Positions 41,063-53,930 are shown, counted from the first letter of the whole stretch. The stretch: 63,682 nt of DNA, filler included, from Choristocarpus tenellus KU-1152 (GCA_964200185.2; 12 parts of 12 records of this genome joined end to end with filler, not necessarily neighbours in it); one strand, 5' to 3'. Notes: a model not told the origin generated them from the sequence alone. Numbers and translations are program-made.

Positions 41063-42651
41063 CGAATCTGGTAGGGTCCTGGCTCTGTGATTGTGTGAAG
41101 ATCGATCCTCGCACCCTGGAAATAATTTTTAAAAAGAAAATAATAAAAATCAGAAAAAAATAGTAGTGAAGTGCTGGGAAACAAGTCCTTTCTTGTCAAA
41201 CCATCACGATCTAACCCTCCTGATGCTGACCCTGGCCCTGACCCTAACCCTAAGCCTAACCTCAACTCCCCCTTTTGAGCTCTGAATCAAAAGTAGTCAT
41301 GAGGTATGTGTAAGTTAAAAAAAAAAAACAGATTAAAATTTTAAAAAATCAGTGAATTCAGAAAGTATAAGATTGAAACGTATATACAAGTAGTACATGA
41401 ACGGAGTGGGCGAACCGTCAAGCTCTGTGAGCAGTACACACAGTAACCAATCACAAAACTCACCCACGAGAGAGCGACCAATCACAAAATTCACCCACAA
41501 GAGAGCAACCAATCACAAAATTTAGCCATGAGAGAGTGACCAATCACAAAATTCACCCACGAGAGAGCGACCAATCACAAAACTCACCACAAGAAAGCAA
41601 CCAATCACAAAACTCACCCACGAGAGAGCAACCAATCAAAAAATTCACCCACAAGAGAGCAACCAATCAAAAAATCACCCCCCTGATTTTTGGTATATCA
41701 GTGCGTCTCGACCCACGTAATACTGAAAATCAGCAACCACATGACTAAACTACTATCTGAGTGTCCAAAAGAAAAGGTGTATTGTACTGGCGGATTCGGG
41801 TCTCCTGGACATTTTTTTTTTCTACAGTTGACCGGATTGTCTCACTCACACTTCTTTTCATTCAAAAACCTCGATACTTTTTTTTTAGATATTTTGTTGG
41901 AGGAAAATCAATACCACCATGAGATTCATTTTCTCGGTACACTATCATCCCCCCCCCCCACCGCTATCAACCCAGAGCATGTAAAATTATAAAACGTAAA
42001 TCTTCATATATATATATATATACAAAAAAAAAATAGAAAGGGTAGAATAATATATTTTTTCTGACAATATGCAACAACCACAGTTACAGGTACATCCTGC
42101 ACTTCCAAACAGAAAAGAAAGACTTACCGAACTCTCACATCTTCCCACACACATACTACAACTCACAATAAAAAATAAAAGAAATAATACGGATCCCCAA
42201 AAGGACATATTAATACAATTGATACACTAACAGTACGTAGGTGAGATAAGAGGCGGGGGCAAGGGTGAAGGGAGGGTGAAGGAAGGCAGAGTCCGTCCTA
42301 GTGGGTCTCACATTTCTCGTCCATGCCCACCTTGAATAGCACCTTTCCGATCAAGTTTCTTCCTCCCAACATGTCCAAGTTTGTACGGTACAGATTTGCG
42401 CCCTCAAAGCTTGTGAGAGGGTCGATGAATCTTACATTCGGGGTGTAGCGATCGCTCTCGAAAGGCGAGAAAAACGAACTGTACTCCCTGCGTAACGTCT
42501 AAGGACAAATACGACCCAGCAAAGAAACGGGGGGGGGGGGGGGGGGGGGGGGGAGAGGGGAAGAGCACACCTCTGAACCCCAGTCCCCNNNNNNNNNNAG
42601 AAGGAAACAAACACCGCACCCGCGCTCGTGGGAGAGAAGAAGAACAAAAGA

Positions 42652-42683
<32 letters not shown>

Positions 42684-43973
42684 GCGATGGGTCGGGTTAG
42701 GATGTTGAATTGAGAGTTTGATTGCTAGAATGGACAAATGATGAACAAGGAAGATGCTTTGAAAAGGCCATTCATTACCTGCAATGGAGGAGAGTATACA
42801 AAGTGTATGCTAGTTTCAGGTGCCAAACTGTTTTGTCGAAATATCAGTTTTGTCAGAATATGAACAGTCCAAGAGTGGTGAACCCTCTCTGGGTTTCCCA
42901 CTGGTCAGGATATTGGATATTGTAGCAGACTTGAGGGTGGAATGAGTGCCTTTTCTGGCCATGTTCACCAGACTGTACCATGATGATAGTGATGGCATAA
43001 GTTGTCAGGCAGGGAAGAACTTTTCAGGTCTCTCCCTGACACTAAGTAATCTGCGACATGGTATGTGTGACCAGAAAGTGGCGTGCCTGATTATGTATTT
43101 GCGTCTTAAGAGGCGGAAGGGCCAAAATCTTCCTTCTCCTCTCCCCTTCTTTTCTGCATGAACAAGTGTTCTCAAGTTTGAGGATTGGGCAACCAGGGTT
43201 CTTAGAAATCCCAGCAAAGAGTTGCCTGCCCATTCGACACAGGCATTGTTGTTGCTCACTCCGTGGTTGTACTGACTGATCATATACCCAGGAGTACAAT
43301 AGATCGCACAACACTCTGTATTCTTACGGGCAGTGCTCTCGGCAAGTGATACTCGTCGTATACCAATCCCTTGCCTCTTGTTGTGCGGGCACGACCCATC
43401 TGGTCCCTCCAACCTTATGATTGAGAACATACCTCCATTTGTTAGAAAGATACGAACCCCGTCTCGTCCGCCACGTCAGCTCAGAGCTAAAACCGAGTTG
43501 CTAGGCTTCATGTTTGTGTAAAACCAGACCAAGCCATATCGGGACAGATAGCAACGATGGTTGACCCGGTTACGGAAAGAGAGTTACGCCAATAATGAAA
43601 CGTGAGCAAGGGTTGAACTGGATGGGATTCAACAGTTGTTAGATTGGGTCTGTTTCATCAATGAGGCGTACAGAATGCAGCATCAGGTTTACATAGAATG
43701 CTTCACCTCCTTGAGCTCCTCCTTGCTCTTCTTGTAGTCCTCACTGGGCATTTCGTCCGTTATATCTTGCGGGGTGGCCAAGTATCCCGCACACCGTCTG
43801 TGTTGCGAGGACGTTTCCCTAACGTTGCCCACTCTCCAACACGGACCTCTACTAACGATGTTGGGTTGAAGTTTTTGAAGTGATGGCGACATGGATAAAA
43901 AGAGAGCTTCGGCGAATGGTCCCGATGAGCAGAGCAGCAAGCAAATGGCCGCGCAGATAATATTACGAGTCAT
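41063..43973 (-). CDS. Plastid-targeted DUF2358/SnoaL(NTF2)-like protein, 5' part (exons 43707-43973, 42331-42498, 41063-41115)
   Basis: Starts with a signal peptide MTRNIICAAICLLLCSSGPFAEA-LF and a Ser/Arg-rich transit-like segment. In-phase splicing gives KEELKE|TLRREYSSFFSPFESDRYTPNVRFIDPLTSFEGANLYRTNLDMLGGRNLIGKVLFK|GARIDLHTITEPGPYQIR. The Y..xV.F.DPL..F.G...Y..N motif is typical of DUF2358. Confidence 0.82.
41445..41680. repeat. 31-bp tandem repeat x7.5 containing ACCAATCA
   Basis: accaatcacaaaattcacccacaagagagca units, in an intron of the DUF2358 gene. Confidence 0.93.
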
Positions 43974-44349
43974 GATAGCTAGAGAAAGTCACAAGAAGAG
44001 TGCCTTCTGGATAGTTAGGGTACATGCGAGCAAACACAAACATGTATTGTGGAGTAATTTTAAATTTCGATGTCACACACCACTCTACTTATACAACAGT
44101 AGTGTACGAATAATAGGATCAGTAGTATTAGGTATACTAGAAAAAAATATCTTGTTTCCAAGTGGTTGGAGTAGTTGTTGGTAGGTAGTAATGTGTACAC
44201 GCGCGCGTTCGAACCCCATTGTGATTGTTGTAATTTGCACCAGAATAACAACTGGCAAATCCCGTTTACAACATGCACTCTCTGTCACAAAAGTACATGA
44301 AGACGTGTAATGTGTTTTAAGTTGGAGGCACCAAGGATGAGGACAAGGA

Positions 44350-44940
44350 GGGACTTGACAGATTCTTGGGATACTTTTCTAGCTTTCCTAACCAAACAGT
44401 CTAACCGCATTTATTTTATTGTACTTTGAGGAAAATTGTCGGGATACAGAAGCCTGCAGCCTTCGAGCAAAAGCAAGGGAACAATGCTGGACATTTCATT
44501 TTCAGACAATGCACCCAAAATTATATTATGGAGACGAGAAACGTCACACTCTATTCCTCTGCTGTATCTCCCTCACCCAAACCCAAGATTGGTTAGAAGG
44601 TCCCGAAACAAAAACGTTTTCATGCAATAGGAGTCACTTTTCCTACAACGTACATTCAATTATATAGCATGGGACTAAGAAATTAACTGCTTGCATCACT
44701 TGCTTCAGGTACCACACACCCTTGGCAGGTGAAAAGTATGTTGGACACTCTTGTTCATGAAAATGTACTGAAAATGGTACAACATATTGGATCAGCACGA
44801 CTTCTTCCCAAGGCGAGCAACTGTATTTCACACACACTATATAGATTTGACTCTCTCCTTTTATACAACAACTCAATCAGATGGGAAAGCTTATGAAGTA
44901 ACTCGAGTTTCGTGGGCTTGAGAATTCGAAGTAGTAGATA
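44350..44940 (-). mobile_element. Decayed KDZ (Kyakuja/Zisupton-type) transposase fragment
   Basis: Ordered motifs ETRV..., KGESQIY, QYVVPFSVH, VVGKV..A..C, P.LGLGEGDTAEE, resembling DETG/GE..Y/YD..C/FH..AH..C/G.G..DGE..ER. Confidence 0.45.
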
Positions 44941-44945
44941 GTACA

Positions 44946-45175
44946 AGAGGATACGAGTTTTGCCCTGTTTGGGGCTTGGCTTCCCAAATTTTATTAATGC
45001 TATTTTTCGGTATTCTGTGTGAACACAGTTACATAAAATTTATGACTATGAAATGTGTGTCCGGAGTAAAGATATTGACACTTGCTAACAAACACGATAG
45101 CCAAAATTCATTAAAATCGCAACATTGGATTTATGACCCCAAAGGGACAGCCCTACATCTCAAATGCTTTGGGTC
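44946..45175 (-). mobile_element. MITE family A, degenerate copy
   Basis: Homology to the family body (gatattgacacttgctaacaaacacgatagccaaaatt). Confidence 0.75.
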
Positions 45176-45255
45176 CAGGAGAAAAGGAAAGGGCAAGCAG
45201 GGTAGACGGAAAGTGTGATCAAGAAGCTGATAAGAAATGGTTGGCAGGAGGATAA

Positions 45256-45303
45256 GGGCCAAAGTATCTTAGAGGGTAGAGCCACGTCCACTTGGGAGCC
45301 AAA
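45256..45303 (+). mobile_element. MITE family A left end (contig break)
   Basis: gggccaaagtatcttagagggtagagccacgtcca. Confidence 0.85.
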
Positions 45304-45464
45304 NNNNNNNNNNNNNNNNNNNNNNNNNNNNNNNNNNNNNNNNNNNNTTAATTAATTAANNNNNNNNNNNNNNNNNNNNNNNNNNNNNNNNNNNNNNNNN
45401 NNNGTGCGAATCAACAGACAGGATTAACTTGTAATTCGGCATCGCATCAAGTAAACAAAGTTGT

Positions 45465-45643
45465 TTCCCAAAGGAGCTGGGGGGGGGGGAGGTCTACACC
45501 GGGGTGTCCATTTGAGGCAAAATCAGGAAAAATGCATGTACATTATCCATCCGACGTCTGCAACCAAATCACCCCAAAACCACGACATAAAACCATTGAC
45601 CCCAAATGGACACCCGCCACCCTCCCCCCAGATACTTTGAATC
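45465..45643 (+). mobile_element. MITE family B copy
   Basis: Family body and right TIR cccagatactttgaatc. Confidence 0.85.
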
Positions 45644-46214
45644 TGAGTAGCCTATGTTTTAACAAGGACAGTCTTCATGAGGGCAAACAGCAATTCCCCT
45701 CCAGGCCCCCATGGGATGCGCCCCAGCCATATCCGATCAGTAATTACAACAGATATTGGCCATGAAGAAGTGGCCGAGGCGTTTGCAAATCTTTGGGAGC
45801 TAGTTTAAACCTCCCACAGACTCTTTACCTCCGGAGTTTTGGACCCTCCACACAACCTCCAGACTGTGCGCAATTGAAGAAAAGTGCTACCCCATCGCCT
45901 GTGGCTCTTTCTTCAGAAGGGCATGTGCTCCAGCCTTCTGTGCAGATTGGCGCTCCTACCTAGAGGAATATTTCGTTGGAATACGACAATTTGGCGTAGG
46001 GGCCCCAAATGGAGTGGAGTGTGCCCTACTGGACAATCGCCAAAGGAATGAGTGTGGTGTGAATGGCTCATTAGTCTAGATGGAAGAAACGCCTTCAACA
46101 GCGTAAGCCGCTTGGCCTTCATTGAGGCTCTCCCTTAGACTCTACCAGGACTCCTACCCTACGTGTCCAAGATGTATGGGGATATTAAAACATAGGCTAC
46201 TCATTTGATTTGTT

Positions 46215-46471
46215 GAGTCAAAGTATCTTAGAGGGTAGAGCTGCGTCCATTTGGGGGCCAAAATCCTATGTTGCAATTTTGATGTAATTTTGGCTATCGT
46301 GTTTGTTAGCAAGAGTCAATATCCATGTTTCGGACACCTTTTCATAGTGTGCATGTTTTACCTACTCCGAAACATTTCGGAGTAGGTAAAATGTCATTAG
46401 AACCCCCTGGGAATCCAAGCCCCAAATGGACAAACAGGGAAAAACTCATACCCTCAAAGATACTTTCACTC
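46215..46471 (+). mobile_element. MITE family A full copy, TSD GTT
   Basis: TIRs plus gtt/gtt; hairpin ttttacctactccgaaacatttcggagtaggtaaaa. Confidence 0.92.
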
Positions 46472-47364
46472 GTTTTGATACGATACAGTATCATGAGTCA
46501 ACACTGAATGTTAATTTGTCCATTGTAATAGTCGCTATTCTCACTTACCTCATTAGCTCCTCATCACAACACCATAAACCACAATCACCTTCGAAAGGCC
46601 AGAGTACATAGCAAGCATAGGAACAGTCGCTTCCTATCACACATACAGGCATACCATGTGTCACACCAGTTCGCTCAGATATTGATTCAAGTTTGTCTCC
46701 TTATTTCTTCTTTGTTTTTTCCCTTTCTTCTTCACACAAGAACTTGTCAGTTGAATATCATGTGTTGATTATTATCTTTTCTTGACTGGCATTGCCCCCT
46801 TACAATTCTCGTGCTCACTCTACAATACGCGTACCAGACACACGCCGGGATGCAATATGACCAGAGTTAATACCATCCTTCGAAACCTTTCTCAGCTAAG
46901 GTGACAAGCCTCTTCGCAGAGCATGAATTTCTTCATCTGAGCGTCTCAATGAATGATCACACATTTCACATCAACCATATTCTGTTTGAATAATTCATGC
47001 TGTCAGACGTACCAGTACAGATTTCACGTCAATCATAGTCTGATTGAGTTAAACATGCCTTCAGACGAACCAGGCCGAACTCACAGGTGTCTTGTTGCAC
47101 TAAAACACACACCTGTCTCTAAACGTGCTAATCACAGCACAACCAAACGCATTTTCACATCAATCATTGTCTGCTTAAGTAAAACATATCAGACCTACCA
47201 GACCAAATTCATCAGTGCTTTGTTGCACTATGATACCCTTCGTTACAAACTAGACACACCACAACAATACAACTCATTCGAAATCAGGTTTCAACAGGTT
47301 ATGGGCCTCAACACCTGAACGCTACGCACACCTGGCCTTGTACGGCCGAACCCTGTACTACTCA

Positions 47365-47550
47365 GGCTCAAAGTATCTGGGGGGGGGGTGGCGGTTGTCC
47401 ATTCGGGGCCAATTGTTTCATGTCGCGATTTTTGGGTGATTTGGTTGCATACATCGGATGGATAATGTAAGTGCACCTTTCCTGGTTATAGACCAAATGG
47501 ACACCCTGGTGTAGCCCCCCCGCCCCCACCCCCCCCAGATACTTTGGGTC
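47365..47550 (-). mobile_element. MITE family B full copy, TSD TCA
   Basis: ggctcaaagtatctggggg / ccccagatactttgggtc flanked by tca/tca. Confidence 0.92.
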
Positions 47551-47599
47551 TCACCACCGTTTTTCCCCACCTTCACCACACTCACAATAGCCCTATTTC

Positions 47600-47952
47600 A
47601 GCATCCTTCAACGCACACTAAAACCACCGTCCCACCTACCATCAAGGAACACTGCCACCAGATGTTCGGCGTATTCCTTTCCGCCTGCCCAAGACCGGTC
47701 TAAGACTCTCTATATGTACAACAGCAGTGCGACGACAACATCAACGACTATCCCTATGCTTGGCATCCCCTGACTGCTAAGGGTGGGGCAGTCAACGAAC
47801 AAGTGATGAACACTATTCACCGCCAATTGGCACTGTCAGCAATGGAGCCTGAAAGGATCCTGACCAGTAGTTTCTTCAACTCTACTGGGCCAAGATTGAA
47901 CTTTGAAGGACTTAGCGCAACCACCATCAACTCCTGGCTACAGACACCCATC
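47600..47952 (+). pseudogene. Ulp1/C48 peptidase-like remnant, probably transposon-borne, cut by a MITE
   Basis: LTAKGGAVNEQVMN..L......ILTSSFFN...L......INSW parallels L...WLNDEVIN...FNSFFY..L...V.RW. Confidence 0.4.
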
Positions 47953-48004
47953 GGGTCAAAGTATCTGGGGGGGGGGGGGGGGGGGGGGGTCGGCGTCCGT
48001 TTTT
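47953..48004 (+). mobile_element. MITE family C terminus (contig break)
   Basis: gggtcaaagtatct(G)n tcggcgtccgtttt. Confidence 0.8.
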
Positions 48005-48181
48005 NNNNNNNNNNNNNNNNNNNNNNNNNNNNNNNNNNNNNNNNNNNNTTAATTAATTAANNNNNNNNNNNNNNNNNNNNNNNNNNNNNNNNNNNNNNNN
48101 NNNNCAACCCCCCCCCCCCCCACACCTCACTCTTCTTCCACCCAATCTTCCTGGGGTGCGTACGTCTGCCAATATAACTAG

Positions 48182-51100
48182 ATCAAGTGCAAGGAAATTT
48201 GGTCTTGGTACAGACTTGCTCTTCTTGGCATTTCCACTGATGAAGATCCAGGAACCATCGGCTGGTACATAAAAGCTTCACAGGATCCACCTGTGTCAGG
48301 TGCTTCAGTCGTTTCACCCTTGTCCAGTCCAGTTCCGTCCACTGGCATTGGCTCCCCAGGAAGCACCCAAAGTGTATTTGGCCCTGACATTCCTGACCAG
48401 GTAGTACATATTACACGAAGAAGTAATGACTCTGATTTTGATGAAGTTAGCTGTGAAGAAAAGAAGGACAAGACCCTGGGGGGAAAAGATGATCCAGAAG
48501 AGGATGGAGATGGAACAGAGAGACATGAGGGTAAGGGAATTGAAGAGGACTCTGTCGAAAAGATATGCTCAACACCTGAAGCTCTAGGTCATAAGTATGA
48601 GTACCAAAAGGACCTATGGAAGGGAATTGAGAAAACTATGCGTACTGCCTCAGGGCAACAGGCAAGGACGTTGCTATTGAGGAGGGCAAGGCTCCAAGCT
48701 CAGGTCAGTATTTCGACTTGTCCTGTTAGTTCATTTTTCAATTAATTCTCTACTATCGGGGACAACAAGAGTGGGAATGGATGGTCAAGTTACTCTTTAA
48801 TGTAGTGTGTGTGTGGAGATATGATAGTAATGCAAATATTTCATGTAAGTAAGTATTTTGCGCTTCAAGTTATGCAATCCTTCTGAATAGGATATGAACT
48901 GTGTTACGGCTAGCCCCAAAGCAACGGTATCTCCAAGGGCCTTGGCCAATACACACAGATAGGGTAACAGTGCACTCCTCTACTGCGCCATTTATTAACT
49001 CCAAAATCAATTTCACGTCCCTATTCTTTACTAACTGAAAGGTGTAAGCAACCCTGCACTCAACCTTTACCTCCATACCTCTCTTGTTTCAAGTCTGATG
49101 AGCTGAAGCGTTTCAGAGAACATCGCCCCCCAATGCATAACTGGGCCCCTCATGGATTCTTCCAACGCCATGGTGAGGTGGTTGCCCACCTGACCCCTGA
49201 GATTGACATTCAGTTTGTTGAAGGACTGCACCTTCGACTGAGGTGTGAAGAAAAAGGGAGAGGACAGGATTAGAGGGCAGGAGAGGGGTAGCAGTTAGGT
49301 GTGGCAGGGGGCTTGTTGGTATTTCTTCATACACTCAGCTCTTCAATAGCACGGTAGCAACTATGACTCTGTATTGGACTTGGGAATGGGTACTGGAGTG
49401 GACGATAGATGGATAAAGCATTCAGATTTAGGAGATGAAGGGCTGTTCCCAGAGCAGAGGAGTTGAGGGAGGAAAATAGGATTGGTGAAAGAGGACATCT
49501 CATTCTTTGGATGTTTGATAAATTGTATCACATGACAATGAGTCCTTGAGAACCAACTCCCCATTGGCTGAGGGATCACTTGCCTCATTCTCTCCCTTCT
49601 TGCAATTAGGAACTTGGTCCTTTCTCTCATGCCCTTATCGCCCTTGTCCATTGAATCCTTTCAGGGAAGTGGAATATGCAATCCTTTCTGGGTGTAGGAA
49701 AGGATCTGCAGCATTAGCTATGGATATGAGTCAGGGTAGACGATGGATTAAGGGAGTATTAAGATTTGGACATCGTACTGTTGACGGGTTTCAGGAGAAA
49801 GTCCGCTTGGCAGAGGTGAGCAAGTCGCCTGTGGTCCTTACATAGTTGCTGCAAGACTTTTTGGTGTTTTACTGGTAAAGCGAGAAATCAAAGGGAAGAA
49901 ACTTCCTCACACAGAAGGAAAGAGAGCAAATTCCTGAAACACACTCTCGCCTCCGAACAGACAACAACTTCCAATGCAGGCACACCGCACACATACCACT
50001 TCCTGGTTTATGGAGATGCAAATACTCACACGATCATTGATCCATCTTCTATTTGACTGAATTCTCAATAAGCAGTCCATCCAAAGCACCTGTTTTAGGA
50101 AGAACTGAATAGTGTGCGATTGTTGTTTGTGGAAGAGATGTATTTTGTAATTGTTGGTCATGCTTTGATCCCTGTTAGAATGACTGTACAATACCACCAA
50201 CGCATGCTGTGAAATATAAGTTCCAGCACCAGGTGAGAGGAGCTTCTAAACTGATTCAGGATTCCCTATGTCTGAGCACCTCTTGTGCCTCATGCAGAAG
50301 TAATTTTCCCTCCTGTAACATGTGGCAACATTTTGATGTATAGCATAATTTCTACCTACGAACCAGAATACGTTGAAGAGCAACTCACATATACTTCAAC
50401 TTTACCTATTGACACATCCTTGTGTACTTGACCCAAGTTTGCATCACTAATGAAAGGATCTCCTATGTACAAAATCGAGATGAGTACCATTATCAGAAAG
50501 TTAGAAAATAAGGCGAAAGGTTAGCAGCTGGTACCCATAATCTGTAATCCAAGTAAAACACTTCTCAGATGTATTTCAAGAGTTGGACCCCTTTTCTCCC
50601 TTTGTTAGATGCAGTATGCTCCACACAAGAAAAAACAGGGCATTATATAACAGGTTGCAATAGTTCAGAGTGGTAAAGTTTGTGCTCCTCCTGAATGAAG
50701 ATGCTTGTGTCTATATCCCATGGTGTGAATGAGGTAAGCCTCTGACCTTTGCTAATGGAGAAGTCCAGTATCTCTGGCATACCATCTATACCAGAAGGTT
50801 GTATTACTGTAGTACTACTAGTCCTCCTATTCTTTCCCCCCTCTCCATTTCTTCTTGGAAACTTCTCAGGCGGATGCTGTCGTATCTGAGCGAAACACTC
50901 TCAAATCGCCTGTAGGAAGGACAGAGGTGGGCAGAATCACAATGGCAGTCTTAGAAGGCCGGGTCTCAAGGGCAGGGGCAAAGAGACTTGGCTATCTGGG
51001 TCGTGCTGGGGGGAGAAGGGTCAATGGTGGTGAAGGAAGAAGGACTGAGGACCAAAATGACGACATTGTGTTGGAGGCGCTTGATATATTTGACTTGTTT

Positions 51101-53930
51101 GATGGTGAGAAGGGTAGCATTCCGCCATTGTTGGAAGAATTGGATTGATAAGGAAGGCATAGGGTCAGGAGATGTTGAGTTGGGATGTCTGGTGTTACCG
51201 CTGGGTATTTTACCTCCTTCCTCACCTACTATGTTGTTGAGTCTTATCACGTGGAAAGTAATTGAGTAAGTTAGGTGCCTAGAGTTTCTTTCCTCATCCA
51301 ATTTCTACAAAACCACTTTGTCCCTACGGTGGACCTCACCCAGAATCACCTATCCTGGGATCCCCATGCAAGAGTATCCCCGAGAGTACCAGAATCATCT
51401 CCCAAACGTCTCAACACTCACCCAGCTTGTCACCAACCTGTTCCCTACTCTACTCTCAACTTTGAAATAGAATTAACAATACATCCAGTCACTCAATTGC
51501 TTCTCAATTAAGATAGTCAAGTTTCCAAATTGAATCCCACTTGTAGAGTATAACGTAGTCATCATTACTTTCTCTCCAGCAGTAGTTGTTTAATAACCTT
51601 AATCTATGTGGGAATCAATACAGTTCAAGTGCTTATCCCCCCCCCTGCTCAGCGGATGGATCTGGGAAGATTGATCGAGAGGAATTGATACCCCTCCTAC
51701 ATGAACTTGGACTTCCAATCATGCGTCGCAACCTACCCGGTATCCTCAACATTGTAGACAAAGATGGCTCAGGCGATATAAGTCAGGAGGAGCTTACTTC
51801 TTGGTTGAAAAAGGTAGGATGTGTGAAATTACTTCAATGATGTGAATTGGAAGCCTGAAAGGAAAAGATTTTTCAGCAAAATGGTCATAGTTATTTTGTG
51901 GGAAAATAGTGCTCTAAAAGATCCTACTAATGTACTTGAAAATATATAGTTTCTTGGTACATGTACTGGCCAAAATATTCGTGGGATTAATCCACACATA
52001 CTGGTGCTGTGGTGCTTGCCTTCATGTGCACCAGATTTGCACTTTACTACATACTCAACCTTTGTAGCACCTAATATAGCATCCATTGTAGCACCCATCA
52101 TAGCCCGTCTATACTCTAGGCTGAATGATTGAGAAAAGATTGACATACTGTGAGTCGGTAAGAGCAACATCTTTTTTAACTTTCCAGTTTACTACTTCAG
52201 GTTGTGGGTTCAGTACAATGGTCAGACCTAGGGTGGTCAGGATACAAAGTAATGGCAGCTTGCACGATGAAAAAGTGAAAAAAATTCCACAGAATGAACA
52301 AGGAACATCACTTGTGTTCATGGTTGTAACAAATTCCAAACACGTCTCAAACATCTCCCCAATGAAACTGTCCCATGTGTATCCAAGCAATCCTGGCCGC
52401 TGTATACACCAACCACTGGGGGGGATAATGAGATAGATACCTTTCCCAAAGTTAAGTCCAAAAACCACCAGCCTGAAGAAGCTAAAAAAGAAGAATGTCT
52501 CATGTCTGTACAGGAAGGAGTTTCTCTCCAACAAACACTGATGGCACGAGCTCTTCAAGCCAGTCAATATATTCGTTCCCTTGGGAGTCTCCAGAGGAGG
52601 GTAAAGAGACAGGTGAAATTTTAAACCCTGACCTAGTCTATCATGTAGCTCATTGGTTACTGTCCTGCTCCCCATTACCCCCACTACCCCTCTATCATCC
52701 CCTACAAGCACCACCTGGAATACTGACCCCTCCTTCTATCCTCACCTTCTGACCCTTTTCTGATTTATAAGACCGCTCTCAACCAGAAAATGTATTGTCT
52801 GATCGCATTACCTTGAATCAAATAGAGGAGTCTACATCAACTGCTAAGTGTATCAACAACAGAGATTGGTGGGAGTATATGATGTTGAAATGTCTTAATA
52901 GGTCAAATCCAATGCCATCTGCCCTGTAGTAACAATTCGGAAATTAATCTCAGGGAGAGGAGTAGAATGAAAAAATGTGGCATGGACTTCACTCCTTGAC
53001 ATGCCTACTGGATATTATTCCTACATTACATCGTGGAATTTGTGCATTGAAACCCTTGGAAAGGAAGGATTGCTGGCAAGAAGTGTCCTTCATATTACAA
53101 CTTTATTGTACTTCCAAGTATTGGATTAGTAATTGAGAAATCCATGTGGTTCCTTCTAGCCTAAAATATGATAAGAATAAGTGTGTGTGGATGATTCGGG
53201 TATAGTCGGGTATAGTTTGTTGGCGGTTTGACAGAGACTATTTGATGCATCAATTTGACAACACAAGAAAGTGCGCACAGCAATAGGACTGTAGGTACCT
53301 CATTGACAAGGCACCTTCTGGTTTGATGGGGAAAATGATAGGGAGATATTGATATTAGAGAGCTTAGTCAAAGAGTGCATAGAGGTAGGCCTCGCCAAAC
53401 TGACTTTTTCCCTTCTCACTACCGAGAGAGGCATCATTGAGTTATGCTTCAGGTGAGTTGTTCTGATCCCCATGTCCAATTGTGGTGCAGGTCAATGCAG
53501 CTTTACTCTCACGTGTGAGGGCTGCTGCAAGAGCACATCAGTGGGCATCGGTAACTTCACCAGCTGCTACCACCCAGCCTACTTCTCCACAAAGTCAATG
53601 TCAAGATCGTTTAGTGGCAGGATCTGTTCTGTACTCTGAAACAACTCCCAAAATGTGGCCAAGTTCCAATTCAGGTGAAGAAGACATAAGTTCATATACG
53701 ACTGATATTGTTCAACAATTGCAGGGACAGGGTGGTGTTGAAGGGATAAGAGAGGGGCAGGACCAAGATCCACCCAAGGAACCCCTCGATACCTGTGTTG
53801 ACTCACGGGGTGCATCACTGGCTTCAAGGGCTGCAGCAAGGCAAGAGCGGGTGATGAGGCAATGGAGGGAAGCAGACAGGGAGCTCCTGTTGAAATTGGC
53901 AGAGGATGATGCAGAACGCAGTGAGCGCAG
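48182..53930 (+). CDS. EF-hand calcium-binding protein, partial (exons 48182-48703, 50870-51104, 51653-51813, 52514-52612, 53491-53930)
   Basis: Canonical splice sites with consistent phases. The first EF loop is split by an intron (FDLFD|ADGSGKIDREEL) and the second is DKDGSGDISQEEL. Flanking exons are low-complexity or helical, and their linkage is less certain. Confidence 0.78.
48900..50820 (-). mobile_element. Non-LTR RT C-terminal remnant (intronic, antisense), heavily decayed
   Basis: YSNTTF...FSISKGQR...WDIDTSIFI...GVQL, corresponding to the QG and YADD regions. Confidence 0.4.
52940..53450 (-). mobile_element. Non-LTR RT N-terminal remnant (intronic, antisense)
   Basis: GTYSPIAV / VKLMHQIV / FRLEGTT / LSKGFN...GMS, corresponding to NYRPI, GFR..RST and D..KAFD. 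Confidence 0.55.

Noticed and set aside
52109-52714. Longest ORF in the track (201 aa, minus strand)
   Set aside because: Antisense to a supported plus-strand exon; no recognisable motif.
10280-53930. Functional gene cluster of the TauE, HRI1-like, DUF2358 and EF-hand genes
   Set aside because: Each gene is on a separate contig joined by artificial linkers.
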